DNA of 64,000 nt, taken from positions 3,038,001 to 3,102,000 of the forward strand of contig JAYWIR010000003.1 of assembly GCA_036172245.1 (NCBI GenBank). Direction: 5' to 3'. This document shows positions 11,150 to 23,100 of the stretch, piece after piece. The DNA is from Raillietiella orientalis (Eukaryota). Made by a program: the position numbers and the translations under genes. Position 1 is the stretch's first letter, and each line of letters opens with the position of its first letter. Below the pieces are notes generated by a model. The model saw nothing but the letters and a program-made list of their open reading frames with translations, was not told the origin of the DNA and made no database searches.

Positions 11150-11965
11150 TCTTCAGGATAGGGGGCACCCCGAGAAGGGTCCGCCCTATGAACCCAGGAA
11201 GGGCTCGGAGTCCGTTCCTCTCACGCTTGGGGAGGGATCCCCCCCCAGAGGGAGGGATCGCACCTCCCACCCTGGTTGTCTCCGAAGGGGAACCCCGAAG
11301 GGAATCTCCTTCCTCATTCTCTCCGGAGGGACACCCCCCGTAATGGGGGGTGGTCCTCTCCATTTCAGCTTCTCCGAAGGGAACCCGGAAAGGATCCGCT
11401 TGTAGGAATTTCTTCTCCGGAGGGAACCCGCAAGGGAACCGCTCCTGTTCACTCCTCTGAAGAGAACCCGAAGGGACGCTTCCGAAATTCAGAAGAGGCG
11501 CTGCAGCTTCCCTCAGCGGGATCGCTCTCGCTCGCTTCCTTGCACTCTCTGGAGAGGCAGCAACTTGGAGGGTCCCCCCCACAACGGGGGGAAGTCCGCT
11601 CCTTTAAACAGCTGGGAGAGGTGCCTGTGAAGGCTCTTGCTCCATCTTGAAACCCTTCGGAGGGAACCCTTCGGTGTGGGGGGTTCGCTCTCTGCTGCAC
11701 GACCGGAAGGGGAACTCCCCACTCCTTGATTCCTGGAAGGACCCGAAGGTCGACTCCCATTGTTCAGGCCTTCTTCATGGGCCTCTCGGCTTGAACCACC
11801 ACCGGTGCCACGCCCGAATGGCGCGACCAACCAGCGCCATCGCAGGAGAAACTCGGAACCTGACGACGCAGTGGCGTCAGTTTCTGCCGGAGTATTCGAA
11901 CCCGCGACGCACGGTGCCACGCGCGGAAGCCTTAACCACAAAGCCTCCGACGCGGGTATGCCGGA
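11150..11965 (-). mobile_element. tRNA-headed SINE-like element, near-complete diverged copy
   Basis: Minus strand reads tgtggttaagg (A-box-like)...gcgtggcaccg...gcgggttcgaat, then the CCTTCGG-rich body and cttcctgggttcataggg. Confidence 0.75.
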
Positions 11966-12329
11966 AGCCTGCGTCTGAAGCCACTTTACTAGCCGGCACA
12001 CTATCCACTCGTAGGCGTATACATGGTACGGAATCGTACGCACAACGTCAGTTCAAGCCGCGACGTAACGACCAAGCGTCAGAAAACTTCCCGTCTACGC
12101 TGCAGTCCCCTCCTTCCTCCTCATTTCCTCCCAGCAGTCGTGACATTCTCTCGAGACTGGGAAGATCAAGGACTCTTTGCCGTCCTCACTCCCAGCGTGT
12201 CCACATTTGCCCACCACTGTCCACAGACCCCTCTCTTCCTACCTAGTGGCTCACTCGCTTGACGCAGGCGAATCACAGAACGCTTGCTTAACTGGGAAGC
12301 GGGAAGTCCTCTCAGAAAACAATGGAGCA

Positions 12330-12590
12330 GCGCCCTCGGGGGTGTCTTTCTGTAGAGAAAAAGGAAGAGGTTCCTTTCGGATTTCCTAAGCGTGAGAGCC
12401 CTTCCTGGATTCATAGGGTAGTCTTGCCCTGGAGTACCTCCTAGCTCAAAGAGCTACTGCACGCACTCTCTGGTGGCGTGCTTTCAAGAGCTTCGTGAGC
12501 CGCCAGGCGAACGGACGGTTCTTGAGCACTTAGCGAACGAGAAAAAAAAAAGCTGGGAGGGAAAACAGAGAGAACAGCAATGAACCCTAG
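12330..12590 (+). mobile_element. SINE 3' portion
   Basis: ttcctggattcataggg...ctactgcacgcac...aagagcttcgtgag...cttagcgaac(A)n-gctgggagggaaaacag aligns with 34014-34225. Confidence 0.75.
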
Positions 12591-12594
12591 AGGC

Positions 12595-13304
12595 TTTCCA
12601 TCATCCTTTCTCCTTGGTGTTGCATGGGGGAATCCTATGCAATGCGTGTCTTCGCCACTGGACACGGGGGGGTGGGGGAGGGGAGTGGGAACTCTCAGCG
12701 CGGCAAGCGAGAGAAGAAGGAGATATGGAGACCCTCCCGCACCTGATGTTGGACTGTGCTGTCCTCCGACCCCTTGGGGATCGCCTCGCAAAGATCCTAG
12801 GTATCCTGGAAGGAGACCTCAGGGACATTTTCAGACGCCTCTTCGCGCGTGGTGCCGCGCTGCTGCTACCAACCGCGTCCCTCGCAGTTCCCTGCTGTGT
12901 TCGCGGGATCGTGGCAGCCTGGAACTCCGGAAGAAGGGGTCCAGAATAGCAAGGACGCCATCCACTGGGCGCGGATCTTCCCGGGGACCTCCTCGAGATG
13001 GTCCCACCTGTTACCACAATATGGCGTTATCCGAACAGAACTTGCCAGCATGCTGGACAGAATACAGAGGACGCCTGGCAGCGTACTATGACCCCCTCCC
13101 CGCGTATGATTCTCCCTCCCCTGTTTTTGTGTGTTTCATTTCTTTTGCGTTTTTGTTTCCCCTTCCCCCACGTTGCCGAAGCGGACCTCGCCGGTCTTCA
13201 TGCTGCTCTTCGACAGGTTCGTTGCACGTGGTAGAACCACGGGTCCTACCACACCAGTGTGTTTTTATTATTTTATATAATAAATGCCTCGGCATAACCG
13301 GGTG
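12595..13304 (+). mobile_element. L1/Tx1-like LINE 3' fragment
   Basis: VLHGGILC..LRHWTRG..ETLPHLMLDC (zf-RVT), AATAAA at 13279 and the terminal hairpin at 13288-13302. Confidence 0.85.
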
Positions 13305-13959
13305 ATGAGCAGCATCATTTCTCCTCAGCCTCTTTGCCAAACTGCACGAGAAAACTGGGCAGCATCGAACCTTAGAGAGATGGGTGTGGTCTGCTGTGCG
13401 GTGGGCCCCGTGTGTGCGCGCGCGCATGTTTGTTTTTTCCTTTTGCGTGCTACGTGCTGAAGAGGGGGCGCACCTCTCTGGGCGGAGTGTGACTTCCTCT
13501 AACGAGTCACGGAGGAACGAACGCTGGCTCCGGCCTCCACACGCAGGGGGACCTCCCCTCCCCCTCCTCTCCTTTCTGTTCCCGATCGACACAGTGGATC
13601 TGTCTTCCCTCGTCGTTGGTGCGGTAAACGAAGAGCCCGCAGAAACATCGCGCTCCTGCCCACGATTATGCGCAGCCTCCGCGCGCGCTCTCATTGGCTC
13701 GTTCGAACCTGTCCGAAGCGACGAATCGCCGCCGCCGGTGGAGGCGCCGTGAAGGGGAAGCGGATGGATTCCCACCGCCCGGGGAAGAGGGAGGGGGCAC
13801 GTTGCGGCGTGTCTTCGGGACCCGCTCGCAGTTGCAAGCATCCCCGTGGCAACAATGGGTGCGGATGCCGGTCTTCCTGGGTTGACGCGGGAAGCATGGA
13901 GACCAGGAAGTCGAGAGGGACGCGCCCCGGGGCTCGGCTTCCCCCCCTTCCTTCCCCCC

Positions 13960-14400
13960 TTTTCCACCGCACCTGGGATTGACCTGATCTGGTTCCGCCG
14001 CGGCTCCTCGAAGCTACATCCTCCCAGCAGGGTGAGTCGCCATCCGTTTCCCGAACCCCTGCAGACTGAAGAAGGCGCTGTCCGTGCCGTCTTCTGGCAA
14101 CCCCTCAGAACTCCCTCGCAACCCCTCGCCATGACTCGCCAGCGGTTTCTGGAATAAGGGGGAGCAATTCGTTGGGATGGCCAGGCACCCGGAGGAGTTG
14201 GCGTGGCCCCGCTGTGGCTCCAGGCGGGGCCGGATACAGGTCAGGAGCCTCGCCACCCTCGCAGGCGGGCGGCGGTTGCCTGGTCGTCGGAGCGACGAGA
14301 CGCGACCCAGTCAACGCCCATTTCTGATGGCCCCTTCGGACGCACGTGCTCAGAGCGCCAGCATTTCTCGCTCAAGGCCGCGCCCGGCAGGGGACGTCCG
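13960..14400 (-). mobile_element. Decayed LINE RT thumb fragment
   Basis: GCLAIP..W..FSLQG remnants resemble the YLGIP..W..LSLxG region of L1/Tx1 RTs. Confidence 0.3.
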
Positions 14401-14708
14401 GTCCGGCGAGACAGGGTGGATGACGCCGTTGCCGCCCGGACGCCCAGACGCAGAAGGCGGACAGAGCCCCTGGCGCTTGCCCCACCTTCACCCGTTGCCA
14501 CCTATCCTCCTGCTCTCCTCCCTCGCCGCCGGTCCCCATGCAGGCTTCAGTGGAGACGGACGGGAGGCGTCGCGCGCGTCTCCATCCCGGCTCGCTTGCT
14601 CGCTCACGATCTAAGAGCTGTCGGGAACTTCAGGTCACTCATCCTGCTGACCCATCGGATGGAGCGGAAGGGGGAAAGAAAAGAAGGGAGGGAGGGGGGA
14701 GCGAAAGG

Positions 14709-15230
14709 CGGCCAGCGTTAGTGGCTGCGTGGCTGCGGGTGCCGAGCGTCGCGGGTTCGAATCCCTTCAGGATGGAGGATGGGGGATCGACGCCGAGAAA
14801 TCGGGGGTGTACCGAAGATTTCGAGTCCCCCCGCAAAATGACGCTGGTTGACCTGTAGGCTTCGGGTGCGCCACCGCCGGATGCCCCCTTTGACTGGCCG
14901 TAGTTGAAAGCTGACCGTCCGGGATCCTCCCTGGAATCAAAGGAGTCGCTTCCTTTCGGGGTTCTTTTCTGGTTGCTAAAAATGGCGCCGTCCTGCGCCT
15001 CGAGGAGGGGGGAGGGAGGGGAACCCTCTACAGCGCTGATCCCTTCGGGGAGCGACCCTTCAGGTAAATTTGGGAAGCGTCTTTTCGGGATTCTCTTCAG
15101 AGGAGGAAAACCAGGAGTGGTTCCCTTGCAGGTGCCCTTCGGAGAAGAGATGAGGGGCGGTCCCCTCCAGGGGGTCACTCAGGGGGAGCAAGGAAGGAGA
15201 TTCCCTTCAGAATTCCTCTCGGAGGCAACC
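14709..15230 (+). mobile_element. SINE 5' two-thirds
   Basis: gcgggttcgaatccc near 14751, tttcgagtcccccc near 14819 and atgacgctggttgacct. Body colinear with other copies. Confidence 0.8.
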
Positions 15231-15239
15231 AGACGGCTG

Positions 15240-15960
15240 CTCAGTGCTCTATGTGAAGACCTGGAGTGGCTCCAGGTGTTCGCGGACAGCGGTATCCCCT
15301 CCCCCTGGAATGGCAGGGGTCGGCACTTCTGCCATTGTTCTGAGGTCTTCCCTGCGAATCCCGCCGACGCTAGCGGACACTGGAGAGTGCCATCCCGGAC
15401 TGTTGCAGGGGCCGGAAACCGGAATCCCCTCTACCGCAACTGCTCGTGGACTGCATTGCCCTCCGGTTCCTATATGAACGTTTCGAAAAGACCCTCCGGA
15501 TCCCGATCGGCAACCACAGGGAAGTCTTAAAGGCTCTCCTCTTTGAACGGGACGCCCTGCAGCCATACGCAGATCCGGCAGCGCTCTGCTGCATCCGCGG
15601 GATTGCGGTGGCCTGGAGCGAAGCCAACGGAGGGAGAGGCGGGAGGGACGCCGTCCAACTCGCAGTTCGCTTTCTGCGGGTGGTGGCCAGATAGCCCCAC
15701 CTGGGACCTATACTGACGGACCTAGCTGTCATTCTCGAGGTCCGGGAAGAGTTCCCGGCTCTCCCAAAGATTTATATTTACTCTTTGTTTTCTCCACTCC
15801 CTCCTCCGCTGCAGAGGGGAGTTCGTCGGTTCGCGCACCGGCGACCAGGCAGGTCCGTGGACAAACTTAGAACGGTCGAACCACGCCTTCTGCGACAACC
15901 ACAACCAATGAGATTATTTCGAACTTGAATGAACGCCCCAGCGTGCCCGGGTGGAAATCG
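15240..15960 (+). mobile_element. L1/Tx1-like LINE 3' fragment
   Basis: LVDCIALR..LFERDALQP..AALCCIRGIAVAW..VRFLR, with the terminal motif at 15937-15953. Confidence 0.8.
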
Positions 15961-16039
15961 GGGACAACCGGGGTGGTGGTTCCTTCCCTAAACGTAAGAG
16001 GACCCCTTCCTCCGGAGTCCTTCGCGGAAGTGGTGTCTC

Positions 16040-17323
16040 CCCTCGGGGCACTCCTTAACTCGAAGCTAACTTGGAGCACGAAGTGGCGCGAGCCCGCACG
16101 ATACCTGGTCAACCGCACCACCGGCTACGCAGGACTGTCTTCGTGCCTGGGGCGGTGGCGCAGTCGCAACGTGTCCCGCTGCGGAGTTCAGCCCCGGCGA
16201 GTGGCCAAGCTGACAGGGCCAACAACTGGATCTTCTGCCGAACCGCGAACGGCAGCGCCTGGTTGCACGAAACCGTTCGCACATGGGCCAGGAACAAGGG
16301 AGCGAGCCCGGAGATGCGGCAGTGGCTGCTGCACTCCCTTCTACAGCAACCCCTCGCTGCAGGACGTCATCGTGCAGTCCAGCACGTGTGCGTGGGCGCA
16401 AAGAAGCTCCCTAGCAGCGGCACTGCCCTCCCTCAGGGAGTACCTGGGTGGTAATCAGCCGGTCAAATGGGAGGTCAGTTGCGGAATCCGTGGAAGGAAG
16501 ATAGGATTAGGTGGTTGGACCACGGGTCAGCTCACGGACGCTGCGACCCCGAGTACCCCACCGAAGGGACTACTGCGCTGGGGTGAGCTGCTGGGAATCC
16601 CACAGGAAGACCTCGTGTGGTCTCCCCGGCGCTGGAGAGCAACCGGCCCTTCTCCCTGGAGTGTCAGGAGTCGGCACTCCTGCTGTTGCACTGGGGCCTC
16701 CCGTGCAACGCCGCCTGTCTCGCTGGACCCGGGCGCTGTGGACCCAAACGGTTGCAGGTGCGGGGAACGGGAATCCCGGCTCCTGCATCTGCTCGTAGAC
16801 TGCGTTGCCCTCCGGCTCCTGTGGTTGCGCTACCCAACGGCCCTTGGTTCACCGACGAACGATTCCAGGGACATGATGAAGCGCCTCTTCGTGCGCGATG
16901 CCCTTTCGCCTACCGCATCCCCAGCAGCTCTTTGCTGCTACCTACGCGGGATCGTGGCGGCCTGAAGCTACGCCAGAGATGGACAGGGATGCCATCTGCT
17001 TCTCCCTGCGCTTCCTGAGGACGGCAGCAAGATGCTCCCATCTTGAACAAAAACAGAAGGAACTTTCAGGCGTCCTGGAAAGGATGCAGAATACGCCTTC
17101 CAGCACCCGGTGATCCCTTCCCCAACCCTCCCAATTTTTTCTGTATGTATTTTTTTTGTGTTTTATTTTTGTTTTTGTTCGTCCCTCAGCCGCCGAGGCG
17201 AACCTCGCTGACGTGCGTGCCGGTCACTCGACAGGCTCCGAGCATTTTCGGACGATGCAGGGCGAATGGCACTACACATGTATGTTTATTATTTTTATAA
17301 TAAACGTCCCAGCTTGACCAAAT
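16040..17323 (+). mobile_element. L1/Tx1-like LINE, 5'-truncated; near-identical to 39070-40438 over ~1.2 kb
   Basis: Family ORF2 C-terminal remnants (CRCGERES..HLLVDC) plus direct sequence comparison with the 39-40 kb copy. Confidence 0.85.
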
Positions 17324-17328
17324 GATAA

Positions 17329-17450
17329 ACCTAACTCGAAGCGCTACTGCACGCATCCCCTGGTAGTGTGTAGCAGCTTCAAGAGCTTCGTTAGCCTCCA
17401 GGTGAACGGACGATTCTTGAGCACTAAGCAAACCTAAAAAGAGGAAAAAG
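17329..17450 (+). mobile_element. SINE 3' portion
   Basis: cctaactcgaagcgctactgcacgca...aagagcttcg...ttcttgagcactaagcaaacc matches 12438-12540. Confidence 0.75.
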
Positions 17451-20270
17451 AGGGGGACGAGTGGGACCGGGAGGAGGTCGTGGTCACGAGATCCACCCCA
17501 CCCCACCCTAGCGCAGAAACCATCGAAGTGCACCTTCAGTCGCCTCTGCCGGCTCCCGACCACTAGACGTTGAACGATGGCATCCATCCACTACTGACAC
17601 CGGTACTGGTTCGAACAGTCGTATCGTGGAGGGACCCTCCGACGGGCGTACTGTGGAAGCTCCCGGAGAGGAAGGGGAGTAGAAGGAGGAAGTGCGTCCT
17701 CCTCGCCCTCCCCGTCCCTGCGGCCGAGGCGCGTCTCCGCGCTCGCGATTCTCACCTCTTCGGCGGCCAGCGCCTCGGGCGGCGGTGGGCAGACGACGAC
17801 AACGACGGCGCTCCAAGCGGCAACCGTAAGGAGCCCGTCCGCGACGTCCGGCCGAGAGCTGACGGCTGCTATTCTCTCTCTCTCCCCGGATGGCCTACCG
17901 TCTCATTTCATCGCCTTCCTCCTCTGCTCCTCTCCACCGATCCCCCTTCGGGAATCTCCCGTGAGGAGGCAACGCTGCGAAAAATAGGTCTTCGTTCCCG
18001 GCGCCCCAACATTCCTGCTGCTTCCTCCTCGAGCTCCAGTCCATCTGCGCCCGACAGGCAATCGCCGAGGAGCCCGGCGCGCGCCTTCTCGTCTCAACGC
18101 ATCCTTGTCCCGTTGCTACGCGCCCAGCGGCCGGGATGGAAAAAAAAAAGCCTTTCTGCCGCGAGCCGGAGAGGATGGATGTGGATTAGTGGGGCCCGCT
18201 GCCATCCACGCGCGCACTCCGTTCGCTCCCCGCGCAGCGAGGGGGGAAAAAAAAACGCACGCGGCTGGCCGCTTGATATGCGAATGCCACTGCGGTCGCT
18301 CGCTCGAGGAGTCCCCGCGCGCCAACGGCGAAAAGCCGGCTGACGCCTTCCCGTACGTCGTTGTCCGACGCCCGTAGCGAGCCGAAGACCCGAACTCCCT
18401 TCCGGCCTGCTCCCCCCTCTTCCTGGGAGAACGAGGGGGAGGTCTGGAGGCTGCCGCCCTCTAGGCCGTCGGGCAGCGCGACGGCCGCGGCCATGACCCC
18501 TCGAGAAAAAGAGACCGTTCGTTCTCTTTCCCTGTAGGTCAAGCGACGGCTGTTCCGCACGGGGAGCGCGCGCGTCGCAGTCCCGACGCCACGTTCCGAC
18601 CGGACCCGTACTCTGCCGCCTGAGGCGGAGGTGGCTGCGGTGCCGAGATCGGGGAACGGTGGGTCAGTCTGGGGGGCAAACGGGGCAACGGTGCTCTCTC
18701 CCACGACGTGGTCTCGACGTGATCCCCCGCCGTGGAGAGAGTGCATCCCAGTTCCCGGAGTCGCTCTCGTCCAAAAGGGGTAAAAAGAAAAAAAATAAAA
18801 ATAAAAAATACGGACGCTGAGAGAGATTACTTCCCACGCGCCGGCGCACGGGTCTCCGAGGAGCGGCTGCCTCCCTCCCCCCCGCCCTGGCTCCCAGAGC
18901 TCTCGAGCTGGCGATTGCGTCGAGCACGGCGAGTCCGCCCCCACACCGTTCCCGGGAGAACGAAGATCTTCGCGCCCGACACGCACGTCCTGCGCCGGAG
19001 CTTCCTCTCTTCGCTGCTGCGAGGCCGAGTTATCTGTCTAGTACCCGAGGGGCGCCCACGTAGAAGCGGCTCATGCGAAGAGAATTCTTATGACCTGGCG
19101 GCCGCAGGTGATACGGCTGTTTTGCTACTGCAATTTCTCTTCTGGAGATAAAGGAAGATGTTTAAAAATAGGTTTCCCAATACAGATAAGAACTCGCACG
19201 TGTTCGCGCAGTCACCCTTTCTTGGCGTGCAACGTCCGCGAAAGCCTTCTCAAGATTCGCACCGCGACGAAAGAGGATGCAGCCTCAGGAGCGGGGTGGA
19301 TGGGGAAGTCGCAGGCTTCCGCAAACCTGAACTTGGCAAGCCGATGAAGGACCGCGCCAAGGAGAGAGAACGAGCGGCGTACGTAAATACGGTGGCACCC
19401 AAGGTAAATGGAGAAGCACCCGCAGGCAGCACGCTTCTGCCCTCGACAACGAAAGGCCACTGCAAGAGAACGACGACCACGAGGGCGTTTCCCTGGATAG
19501 CACCGGCCGCAGTCCGCTTCTAATCTGATCTCGGGAGAACCATTGAAGAAATACCAGCAAAAGTGACTCTTGGAATGTATCCGTTTCTGCCTCAATTCTC
19601 TTAACCGAAAGAGTTGACCGCAAGCTGCGCCTGACTCCCATCCCCCAAAGCACCCTCGTACGCCGCAACGTCCAGAGTTCCTGGGTAGGGGGCAGCAGGA
19701 AGATGAACAACGTGTAATTTCAGCTCTTGGTGGACTCAGGAATGCCAAGTGCTTACCTTTCATTGGGGAGGGTTCAGTACCAGAAATGCGAAGAAAATCA
19801 ACGGTACACTAATCTTAAGAGACAAAGGTGCACATATCTATGCAGAGACTTTGTTTTTCGGGATTTCGCTCCCATGCTGCTGCCTTTTTGTATATACATG
19901 CAGGTGTTGTAAAAGTGCTGCTTTCAGCATTAGGGGGGAGGGGCTCAGTACTAAATTTAAAAATCGTAGTTTCGCGTTGTCAACAAACACGAGGAAATAT
20001 AAAAACACCAACTTTGAAAAAGGAAACTTCCGTTGCAACAAAACGGATATAACCAGAAGGAAGCGGAAACCATGTTGTTCCCTCTGCTTCATGAAGAACT
20101 GATGCCCTCCGCACAAAGTGCGGCGTCTGCAGCATTAGAGCCGTTTTGAATTTCGAACATAAACCATTTACTTTCAACGTCTGAATGATCATTAACAATG
20201 ATTCCGACCTCAATTTCGGCACAACAAAGAAATGAAGCTGTTCTTAAAGGAGAGTTTCATGTGCATAACA

Positions 20271-20370
20271 TGCTGCAGCGATGCTGTGGACCACGGAGAT
20301 GCCGGGGGATCTAGTCAACGTGCTGTAGCGATGCTGTGGACCACGGAGATGCCGGGGGATCTTGTCAAGG
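20271..20370. repeat. 50-bp tandem duplication (2 copies, 3 differences)
   Basis: tgctg(c/t)agcgatgctgtggaccacggagatgccgggggatct(a/t)gtcaa(c/g)g starting at 20271 and 20321. Confidence 0.95.
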
Positions 20371-21539
20371 ACGGGCGAAACGGAACCAAGGGTAGCCGAT
20401 TCGCGTGATCGGATCTCCCATTCTCTTATCCGAGGATTCCAGCTCGATGTACCGCACCGTCTGTGTCGCGACAACCCTTTGTCTATCGCTCCATCTCCCT
20501 TGGCTGTTCTCCAGCCTTTGCTGAGAGGAGCAGGGGCAGCCGGGAGGTTTCAAGAGAACACCGGAAGGAAAGAAGGAGAAGCGGATAGCTTCAGGGAATT
20601 ACTCGGATGCGTTCAGCGGCGCAGCCGCATCGGTTGCCAGGACATCCGCAAGAAGTGTTGTTGTGTCCATGGCTGCGGCGCAGGAGGATGCAGTCCATCG
20701 GTCGCTCGGCGGTTCCACGAAACGGTTTCTTTCCTTTTCCTTCTTCTCAGTGCCTTCTCATGAGGCTGGAGTGCACGAGGGGCCGTGACGCAATCGCCTT
20801 GCGGTGGCGTCTTCCTGGAGCATCCGGGTGGTTCGCACGGGATCCAGAGGAAGGGACGATTTCGATGGGCTGGAGGAGCAAGCGGAAGGATATACCACTC
20901 TCCTCTTCTAAGCCCCGCAAGTGGTCCCTCGGAAGGCAGTCTTTTTTTTTTTTATTCAGGTGTTTCGTGCCAGAGAACGCACTCTCTAGCGCTCACTCTC
21001 TATCAACGGCTGAGGTCAGTATCGAAGACACAGGACTCCAACCCCTGCCTGACCTTTCTTGCCCTCGAAAGTGGCAAAAGAAAACAAACAAGCAAAGCAG
21101 AGCGAGGAATGGTTTGCAGCCCCACGGGCAATGGACCTTTCGCCTGCTCGTAGGAGACCCCGTTTGGGGGTGCCCTTTCGTGCTCGGACGCTGTCAGTTT
21201 ATCCATTTCGACATTCGGCACGTTCGCACCGTCTCAGTATTTTTTCTTCTTCTCCCCCCCTTCTAGTTCCGTGGCCTCCGCTGGCGCCGCTGCGATCGTT
21301 CGCCTGCGACAGCGGCATCCTCAGCGCACCTTGAGAGATGCTCCAAAAAGGAGCGGGTTGCGGAAGCCAGAGACAGGTGCCGGGGAGTTCCGGACGACCC
21401 TCCTTCGGAGGGGGCCGCGGCAGTGGGCCGAAGATACTAGTGTGGAAGAGGCATCCAGGAAACCGCCGCTGATTCTTCAACAGGAGGAGAGAAGGCGAGG
21501 GAGGAGAAGGGGCAGAGGACCCGGACGGAGTCCCTCGTC

Positions 21540-23100
21540 GCTACACCCGCTCTCCTGGACCCAAGCCCTTCAGAGCTGGACCCGCAGCTCCTGTTCCGAC
21601 GCTAGCAAGGCCCTCTTGAAGATGCCCGAGAATGGAAAGGGCCGCCATTGCGGACTGCGGAGGCGGGAGTCCGGGCAGCCTCCTCGAGCGTGACGGGAAA
21701 ACGCGGAAGGTCGCTCCGGAAGTCCGGCAGGCGAGCTTCTTGTCTCCTTCCTCCGTCGGATGCGGAAAAGAGGCAAAAGGTTCGGGGATGGGATGTCGGT
21801 GGGGAAGGACTGGGTCTCCATCGCCTGTCCCTTGCGGGGAACACTGGAGCATCCGGAGGAATTGTCGATCGGATGGGAGCTCGCGTGGCAAGAGGCTTCT
21901 GGGGAGAAGTCGCAGTGGCGACGATTGGTCCTCGGCTGCCACCAGGCCCTGCTCCCCATCCTTTTATCCTCCTCAGCCCTCCTCTCCCCTCTCCAGTAAT
22001 TCACGAGCGCCTCTCTCCGCTTCCTTCCTCCTCCTCTCATGTGCTCTTCCGTGGGGCGGGGGCATCACGGAAGAGCACGGGAATTCTCGGGTGCTTCATC
22101 CCGGATAATCTCCGAGGGAGGAGGACGGTGAGCAGCGATGCCTTTCCTTCCCCTTAGTCTCCCAAAAGTTCAGGAGACTCCCAAGAGAGGATGCTCGGCA
22201 GCGCCGCCGCGACGCTTCCCCCTCCTGTCCGCGGAACGTGGCGGCGCTTCGGTTCGCGGTGCGGGTGGGAGGGAGGTTAATGCGATGGTCGACCACGCGC
22301 CACCACCCCCTCACCGCGCACCTCCCCGGACCTCTGCAGTTGCCCGCCTCCGCCGTCTACTCTTTCTCTTCCTTTGACGTCCGGTCCCGGATGACCTTTG
22401 GACGTGACGCCAGAGCTCGTGCATGCCGAGAACGCCCCTTCCTCTCCCTCTTCTCCACTGCCCCTCGGGGAACGCGGCGGAGTCCGTGAAGGAGCTTGCT
22501 CCGGAAGTTGCTACAGTGAGGATGCTGCTGACGAAATCATCCGCGAACTTTAGGACGGCTTCTCGCGCATCTTCTTCCGATGGTCGCCAAAGGCTGCTGG
22601 CGCTTTGCGCCCCTCGGGAAACGCGCGCGCTTTTTTGCCGAGAGGAAAGGCGAGGGGCTGAAACGGAGGAGCGTGACGACCGCTCCCTCTCTCAGAAGCC
22701 ACGAGGCAGTCCGCCTTTTAGTTCCCTCCCCTACAATCCAGGCGACGCCCCTCGGACGGTTACCCCCCAAACTTCGTCACCAAAGGCATTCGAATCTGGA
22801 GGGGGAGAAGGGCAGCAAGGAGTCGTCGGTCTCGGCCCGCAGTGACCGGCCGCGGCCCTCCTTGCGCAGACACCGCACCTCGGGGAGAGGAAGAAGTGGA
22901 GGAGCGGTGAGAACTAGGACGGGAGCCCCGTGCCGTTTCTCTTCTTTCCTTGAGCTTTTCCAGCACGCCCACAGGGATCCCCTACGGCTGTGCCCCACCC
23001 CGCCCGCTACCGTGGCAACGCCGGACGTCTGAAGTTCGCTTGACGCACGCAACCAGCCGCTCCTCTCACACGCGTCTGTCGCCGGGGTGAATTGGATGCC
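21540..23100 (-). mobile_element. Highly decayed LINE ORF2 N-terminal region (APE endonuclease and linker)
   Basis: Correctly ordered remnants RGVAWIV, LKFADDF (~GDFN), AEHPL (~SDH) and PVTLEEA across frameshifts. Confidence 0.35.

Noticed and set aside
20271..20370. CRISPR-like repeat
   Set aside because: Only two contiguous units with no spacer, no cas genes and a eukaryotic context.
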